This document shows, in pieces, positions 55,920 through 64,000 of a DNA stretch of 64,000 nucleotides. The stretch is from Chrysomallon squamiferum (Eukaryota; Animalia; Mollusca), in contig CM022675.1 of NCBI GenBank assembly GCA_012295275.1, positions 10,602,001-10,666,000 on the forward strand, written 5' to 3'. The notes beneath the pieces were generated by a model. That model had not been told where the DNA came from. It did not search any database and was given only the letters and a program-made list of their open reading frames with translations. Both the position numbers and the translations under genes were made by a program. Position 1 is the first letter of the stretch. Each line of letters starts with the position of its first letter.

Positions 55920-56090
55920 CCCGCGCGCGAACAATATAATCTCGGAAGATGAAAGCTACACGTCAAATCACGTGACGTCAAGTGATTTATCGCTACATGG
56001 CAATTTACTCAGCACGTGTTGCTCGCGAGGTTTGTTGTTTGCACAGAGCATGCGCGGCGGTCGGTCACGTGACGTCCTCAATGGCGTAAA
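55920..56090. promoter_or_regulatory. Promoter-like CpG island with three E-boxes, two overlapping CRE-like sites
   Basis: TCACGTGACGTCA (55968-55980), AGCACGTG (about 56011), GTCACGTGACGTC (56064-56076), GCATGCGC (NRF1-like). Confidence 0.4.
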
Positions 56091-58253
56091 GACAATGGGA
56101 GAGAGAAAAGGAAAAAAAAAAAAAAAAAAAAGGAAAATGAAAGAAAGGAAAGATGTAATGCAGGATCGTTCAGTGTTGCGAGTTTTAATTTAATGTCGCT
56201 GGTTGATGAATATATTATTTATAGGATTATTAAAGAAAAGAAAACAGAAGAAAAAAAAAACGAAATGGAAGGCAGAGAAAGAGAAAATGTGGGAAGAATG
56301 GAAACGGATTAATAGAAGCTAGACATACAGATAAATAGACAGACATAACAATATATATATATATATGCATATTCAGAAAAATAGGTTAAACAGACGGATA
56401 TAGTGATAGATAGATGGGTGGATAGGTAGATACTTGAAAGAAAGTTGATAGACAGATATATGGATGATAGATAGATACATAGATAGATAGACATGCAGTT
56501 AAAAAAATAGATTAGTATCATAGAGAAAAAAACAGGAAAAAAGAGAAAGTGGGGAGGAACATAAGGAAGAATGATAAAAAACCAGTAATATTTGAACTGT
56601 TGTTGAAGTAGATGACAATGATGACAATGCCGATGATGATGTTGATAAACAAAACAAAGAGAAAAACTAAGAAAACACACTCTTTATATATTTCATCAAT
56701 TACAATCCAGCGCCATGTTTTCTCAAGTTTCGTACATCACTTGAAAAAATTGACGTTTTATCGTTCTCAACACACACACTGTTTTTGAAACACTTTCCCT
56801 AAATCGTTCAGTGTACAAATCTCTAACTATCGAGCTGTAAGATTAATGATTTAAAAGTGTTTATAGTTCGCCACGGCACTGCACACAAACAGATAAAAAT
56901 ATTTACTTTTTAACCTGGTAGAATTATTACTAATTTCATTACATTTCAAAAAAAAAAAAAAAAAAAAAAAATAAAAAAATTATTTCTGTACATTTCCTCC
57001 CTTTGTTTGATATAGGTTACTTACTTATTCTTTGATGAAGCAAATACAAAAATAAATTGAACCTCTTTAAAAATTTGTAAAGATAATACGGTTATTATAG
57101 ACTGAAAAAAAAATATGAATAAATATTTTGGCTATTTTCTCTAACAAGATTATAACAAAAACAACAACAGCAACAAAAGTGAAAGAAAAAAAAAAAAAAA
57201 AAAAAGAGAAAGAAAAAAGATAACAACAAGTAGACTATTATAAAGTTTCAAAGAGTTGTTCGTTTTGGGCTATTAAACTTAACACTGATGTATTTGAACC
57301 TGTTATTTGCATCAGTATTTGTTGTTGCAATTAGTTAGATGGCTTGATAACTTAGAATCATTTGGATGAAAGCTTGTTGAATTTTGGCTTATTTACCAGG
57401 GTGTTAAAAATGTTTTTATTCATTCATTCATTCGCTTATTTTGCTGATGCCTTCGTTAATTTGTTAGAGTACAGTTCCATAATTCTGTATCTCTTAATTA
57501 TTCATTTATTCGTTCGTTTGTTCCTTTGTTCATTGCTTTAAATACTTTTCTCTTCTTTCTTTCATTATGTGGGCGAAAAGAGACATAAGATGAAGGCGCA
57601 ATAAAATATCCAATAAATAAATAAATGATTAAATAATAAAAATAAAAAAATAAATAAATAAACAAACAAATAAATAAGAAATGAAGCATGGAAGCAAATA
57701 CAAACAAAAAAATAACTTACTCACTCACTTATTTACTTACTTACTTATCCATTTACTTCTTTACCATTATTGTTTGCTTATTTATTTATTACTGTTTTTA
57801 TTATTATTAGTTTCTTATTTGTCATCAACATCCTCCTCAAAAATATTATAATTCTATTTAAATTTAAAGTTTAATTTATTTATTTATTTATTTATTATTG
57901 TTGTCATTTCAGCTTGCCAAAGATAACGTGATAATCTTTTATGACGACGTATTGTTCAAATTCAACATTTTCAGTGCACTTCAACCTGTACAAAAATATC
58001 ACCTGTCTTTCGTGTTTCTGTCACATGCCAGATATATCACAAACATCTAACACATTTCACGTCCTATTTTCGTTCCCGCACGCGCCAGTAGCACACACAA
58101 ATACCCAGACGTCCAGTATATAGACCAGCATATGCACACACACAAATACACAGACATACACACAAACGCACAGACATACACACATACGCACATGACAAAC
58201 ACGCACGTACACGGAAACGAAAATTTTCAGAGATACACGTTCCGATATCGACA

Positions 58254-58298
<45 letters not shown>

Positions 58299-58301
58299 CT
58301 A

Positions 58302-58450
58302 TGTCAATCAGCTTTCCCCGTGAATGACCACAAACAAGACCAGCCCATTGTGCTTGTCAATCGCGGTGAACCAGTCTGTCCAAACCGCGAAGCGCAACTG
58401 ACATAAAGCGGCGCATGTAGGCATCCGAAGAGAACAATTGTGATTGACAG
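58302..58450. promoter_or_regulatory. Cluster of three Pbx-Meis/Prep composite motifs
   Basis: TGTCAATCA (58302-58310), TGTCAATCG (58355-58363) and a perfect TGATTGACAG (58441-58450). Confidence 0.5.
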
Positions 58451-58949
58451 GGAGTGGAGTTTCTCTTCTCCTTCGCGAGAAGAACTAGATGGAAGGGAGA
58501 TAATGATGTTTTAGCCTTTTGTCAGCTTTTGTTTGGAAATGTAAGAGATACAATTGCTGGTAAGAATAGCTAAAAAAAAGAAGAAGAAATACCGGGCCTT
58601 TGAACTTAGCGATATTCTCTCTTTATGTTCAGACTGCAGGTTACGAAGCTACAAAGTAAAGTGGGGTGTTTTTTTCCCGTGTGTTTCAGTGTTTTTTTGT
58701 GTGTGTGTGTGTGTGTGCATGGACGTGTATGTTCTATCTTCAGATTTATGTGTGAATGTTTTCAGTATGCATAGATGAATCTTATGTGTGTGTGTGTGTG
58801 TGTATATAAATGTACAAATATGTTTGTAAGTATGTACATGTATGTGTATAATTATGTACATAAAACAAACACACACAGACACACTCATTCATATATATGA
58901 CCATACAAATACATAGACTCATATATTATTATTCTCATCATCATCATCA

Positions 58950-58980
<31 letters not shown>

Positions 58981-58989
58981 AATTATTAT

Positions 58990-59081
<92 letters not shown>

Positions 59082-60330
59082 CCTCCCTCCCTCTCTTTCT
59101 CTCTCTCTCTCCATCCATCCATCCCTCTTTCCTCACCAGCTCCTTTAACCAAACCCCTGGCAACTTCCCTGCCATGCTTGAAGAAATCTTTCCTGTACCA
59201 GCGTCATCTGAAATGTGTGCAGAGGCAGATGGGCATAATAAAAGCTGTAAAAATGCCGAGCTGAAAACTTTCACCAGCGTTTGAGTTTTATCAGCGTAAA
59301 ATCTTGACACTTGGAAACTTTTCTATCAGCAGTTAACTCTCAGCTACACTATAGAATCTGACACGTGGCAGGCCAGTATTTTTATTTTTTCTTTAAAATT
59401 TAAAAAAAAAAAAAAAAAAATTTCTTTCTCTGTCTATACTCAACAAAAAAAAAAAAAAAAAATAAAAATTTAAAAATTTAAAAAAGATGACGTCACGTTA
59501 TTATTATTTATTCATTGGTTCATTAATTCAGTCTCAGTTAATTGATTCACGAAAAAGTAATTAAATTCTCTATATTAGATGAATTGTTAAAAAAATGTTA
59601 TGGCAGGGGTTGATAGCTTATTTCGTGTCTATTCGTCCATTCTTCCATCTATCCTTCCAGTCATCAGTCCATCCAAAAGCCCATCTGTCAATCCGTAATA
59701 CGTCAGAAATAGTTATATTTACATCTTTACTTACCTAACTACATTTATATATATATATATATATATATATGATAATATATACATACATACATAAGCATGT
59801 TCATACTTATATATGTAACGTCCTGTCAGCAGTTGTCTGTGAACAATACACCCCCCACCCCCACAACACCCACCCCCACCCCCACACACATACAGTTCCC
59901 ACAGATTCATCCATCCATTTATCCATTCATACATTCACTAATACATACAGTCCACCGTTACATACATCCTAGTGGATACAAAAATACACCCATCCATCCA
60001 TCCATCTATTCTCCCATTCCTTCCTTCCTTCCTTCCTTACTTCCTTTCATTCATCCACTCATCCACTCATCCATCCATCCATCTATCCATCTGTTTTAAA
60101 ATAAACACAATTTTTTTTTCATCCAGTCGCTCTTTCTAACACATACCGAAACCACATTCCCGGACGAAATCGCGGCAAAGTGAGGAACTCTACAACACGA
60201 GCTCTCTGGAATGGATTATCAAGAAGCATCTGAAGAGTTTCGAGTTCTTCAGGAAATGAAAATACGCGACTCGAGTGCTGACAATTAGGAGAGGAAATCT
60301 ATCCACGTCTCTCGCAAGTGTCTGAGTCGC

Positions 60331-60718
60331 CGTCCGTGTCTAACGTCCGTGTGTAACGTCCGTGTGTAACGTTCGTGTGTAACGTCTGTGTCTAACGTCC
60401 GTGTGTAACGTCCGTGTGTAACGTCCCTGTTTAACGTCCGTGTCTAACGTCCGTGTGTAACGTCGTGTGTAACGTTCGTGTCTAACGTCCGTGTGTAACG
60501 TCCCTGTCTAACGTCTGTGTGTAACGTCCGTGTGTAACGTCTGTGTGTAACGTTCCTGTCTAACGTCCGTGTGTAACGTTCTAACGTCCTAACGTCTGTG
60601 TGTAACGTCCCTGTCTAACGTCCGTGTGTAACGTCCGTGTGTAACGTTCCTGTCTAACGTCCGTGTGTAACGTTCCTGTCTATCGTCCGTGTCTAACGTC
60701 CGTGTGTAACGTCCGTGT
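60331..60718. repeat. 13-bp minisatellite (TAACGTCCGTGTG), about 30 copies
   Basis: Direct tandem repeats with variants such as TAACGTCCCTGTC, TAACGTTCCTGTC and TAACGTCTGTGTG. Confidence 0.95.
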
Positions 60719-60886
60719 TTTTAGTGAACAGTCCGGGATTTAACATTTAATGACTAATATCAATAAAATGTCAAAAAATAAAATAAAAAATAAAATAAAA
60801 ATAAAAAATTGCAGTTATGTCGTAAACATTATGTTTTTGTTTTGATATATACATATATATGATAAATGATACAATGATAACTATAA

Positions 60887-60920
<34 letters not shown>

Positions 60921-61339
60921 TAACAAGAAAAATAACAGCAAAAACGGTAATAAAATATTAATTTTCTTAATACTAAAATTAACTTTCATCCTTCTTAATT
61001 ATTTAAATTTAAACTGAAACCTTAGAAAATAAAAATACATTAATATTTTGACTAGCAAAATTATCCCACAAACTTAACAGAAGTAAAAAAAAAAAAAAAG
61101 ATATATATATATATATAAAGTAAAAATTAGAAAAAAAAAATTACTTGATGATTTATAACGACGGAGTGAAACATATTCCTAATACAGACTTCAATACGAT
61201 TGGCCAGAAGAAGATGAAAGAAACATATTTCCATGTCGAAATGGAAACAAACACGAAACAGACACAGAGACGTGAACTGAATCAAAGCCCGCGCAGTTTG
61301 CTGAAATGTGATAAGATTCCATCTCTAAAAAAAAACCAT

Positions 61340-61389
<50 letters not shown>

Positions 61390-61439
61390 TATTATTATTT
61401 TTTCTCTCTCTTCTATTAATCGCCAGGAATTCTTTCTTT

Positions 61440-61490
<51 letters not shown>

Positions 61491-61899
61491 CGTCCCGAAA
61501 TATTATTACCAACACTTTAGAAACATTAGTTGAATCTGCGAGAACGTTCAGAGCGTCGATATTGAAAAGATTAAACGAATTAGGGGGACGTCAAAACACG
61601 TTTTTCATCCTGAAAGCCATGAAATAGTTTCTGATGGTTTCCATTGAGCCTATCCTCTCGGCCCCCGTAGATCGCGAAAATAGGCGGAAATTGACTTCCC
61701 ACTGCTTCGTCTGTTTGCAGATGTAGACATCGGCGCCTCGTAAGCCGAAACTCGTCGTGTTGTTGTAAAGAAACAGATTTTTTAGCATAATTTTTATCAG
61801 CTACGTCTCCGGCGAATAGATAAGGTAACCGATATATCAGTTCTTGTCAAAATACGCCGGTATCAAAAAAAAAAAAAAAAAAAAAAAATAATTTAAAAG

Positions 61900-61950
61900 A
61901 GAATGTCACGTGACGTACGAAAACCACGGAAGTGACTGCCGGAAGTGACT
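61900..61950. promoter_or_regulatory. Promoter-like module: E-box plus tandem ETS sites
   Basis: GTCACGTGAC at 61905-61914, followed by two CGGAAGTGACT copies 13 bp apart. Confidence 0.4.
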
Positions 61951-61977
61951 CTTTCGAAAAGAAAATGAAAAATAAAA

Positions 61978-62014
<37 letters not shown>

Positions 62015-62273
62015 TTAAAAATGGGAAAAAAGACTGGAGTGATACGGGTTTCTAGACGGTTAATAATACTAAGAGATAGATAGATACACTGAGGCTTATG
62101 TTTCACAGTACAGGTTTTGTGTGTGTCTGTCGGTTGAAACGACTACGTGTCAAAGGTTATAGGTCAAATGTCAGAGATCATATCAGTTAAAGTGGTAATA
62201 GGTGTGATGTCTGTGTATGAGTATTTGTTTTGGAATTTTAGATCATAGAAACTCCTTCCGTACAAAACTAACT

Positions 62274-62360
<87 letters not shown>

Positions 62361-62451
62361 TTAGCTCTCATACTACTGACCATTTTTTAAATTCATTTTT
62401 ATTCATTGTACATTTTGCAGTTAACGTAATATCGCTCAAAAAGCTGTTCGT

Positions 62452-62485
<34 letters not shown>

Positions 62486-62769
62486 TAAGAAGAAGAAGAA
62501 GAAGAAGAAGAAAAAAGAAGAAGAAGAAGAAGAAGAAAAAAAAAAGAAGAAGACGAAAAAGATGAAGAAGAAAAATAACTACAACACAAGAAAAAGTTAC
62601 AAGGAAAAACTCGAAAGTAAACAATGATTTTCAGAGATGGAACCAGCTTGAATATACATTCGTAAAATTCTGTATAATATGCTGCGGTGTTTTGTATTCC
62701 AGTCATAGAAAATACTCTTTTTGCAGCTTGTCTGGACAGCTGATTATCAGAATCAGCGGATACAAGACT

Positions 62770-62890
62770 TTTATCTATGGGAAGGTCAGTACAAAGTAGT
62801 TTTGCTACTAAAACGAAAAGATATTGCTATAATCCAGATCTTGATACTATTTGTGCCATTAAACAACTATTTTAGTCTGTTTCAGTGAGC
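62770..62890 (+). mobile_element. Degenerate SINE core/3' fragment
   Basis: atctatgggaaggt is identical to 545-558 and continues ...ttgctactaaaacgaaaag, similar to the same core. Confidence 0.35.
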
Positions 62891-63114
62891 CTAAAACAAA
62901 TTATTACCTGGTAATTCTAGATAGAAACATACAATTATCCATTCATTCATTTATCCATCCATCCATCCATCCATCCATTCGTCTTTTGCACCATTATTTG
63001 GAAATTTACTCAGCAAATAGAATGTAAAAGCAATATGCTTCATAGGAATATCAGATAATCAAATTGTTGGATACCATAAACATTTAATACAAGAGTGAAG
63101 AGAGAAAAATATGT

Positions 63115-63229
<115 letters not shown>

Positions 63230-63869
63230 ACACACACACACACTTAGATATATACACAGAGAGAAATATATAAAGTAAGAGAGAGAAAGATATACAGGAA
63301 AAAGAGGGAAATAGATAAATTGAAAGAGAAAGAAAGAGGGAGATAGTGATAGAGAGAAAAAATAAAGAAGTAGATACGTATAGAAAGAACGAAGGAAATA
63401 GATAAACAGAAACAAAGAGATACATACAGAACGAGAGAGAGAGATAAAGAGATAATGCATCCTTCAAAAATGATTTGACACGAAAGATAGGAGAGAGACA
63501 GAGACATTGAGAGAAAAAGACAGAGCGATAAAAAGAAAGAGAGATAATATACGTGTTTGTGAGAGAGATTTTGTTTTGTCAGTCTCAATACTATTGTATT
63601 AAACATTGCACTCAAACGGCTGAAGAGAAGAATACATTTTTTTCGTGAAAACCATCAAGAAAGACAACTCTTCTTTATAAGGAAAAAAAGTGATGAATGT
63701 GTTGTGTTATAAACCTATTATATTATATACGTTACAATGTAATTTCAGATTATTAAGTTCCAGTGAATAATACTTGAATATACACATATAACTATAAAAA
63801 CCAATAAGTATGATGGTGGTATGACCGACGAATATGTACTGGAACATGCATATACATACATACTTACAA

Positions 63870-63905
<36 letters not shown>

Positions 63906-64000
63906 TCACTCAAATAAATGCTTTATTTAAACAGATCAGTTTTTTTTAAAAACAACAACAACAAAATTTAGCATTTCATTTAATTACAAGACAGAAATCT

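Noticed and set aside
60331-60718. CRISPR-like array (also considered for 24627-25731)
   Set aside because: There are no unique spacers and no cas genes, and the context is eukaryotic; these are ordinary tandem repeats.

Overview
This is eukaryotic, very AT-rich, microsatellite-dense genomic DNA. It is probably from a mollusc (gastropod-like), inferred from the Hox3 sequence and from degenerate Meta/MESC-type SINE remnants. Only one protein-coding gene is supportable: a canonical Hox3 (paralogy group 3) on the minus strand. Its two coding exons are 48240-48603 and 36330-37120, joined by an 11.1-kb phase-1 GT-AG intron, giving about 384 aa. The protein has the MQK start, IYPWMKESRQ hexapeptide, [58 protein letters not shown] homeodomain and PKLTHL C-terminus. 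Nearly all other ORFs in the track are microsatellite or low-complexity artefacts. The rest is probably Hox-cluster intergenic DNA, made of short CpG-containing unique islands separated by simple-repeat tracts, a few tandem repeats and SINE fragments. I found no novel protein-coding or prokaryote-like system. The most interesting signals are cis-regulatory: a CCAAT + GTCACGTGAC module and two uORFs in the Hox3 leader, a CTCF + 3xYY1/Pho + ETS island, several Pbx-Hox and Pbx-Meis modules, and possible antisense exons. All motif calls were made by eye and are hypotheses.
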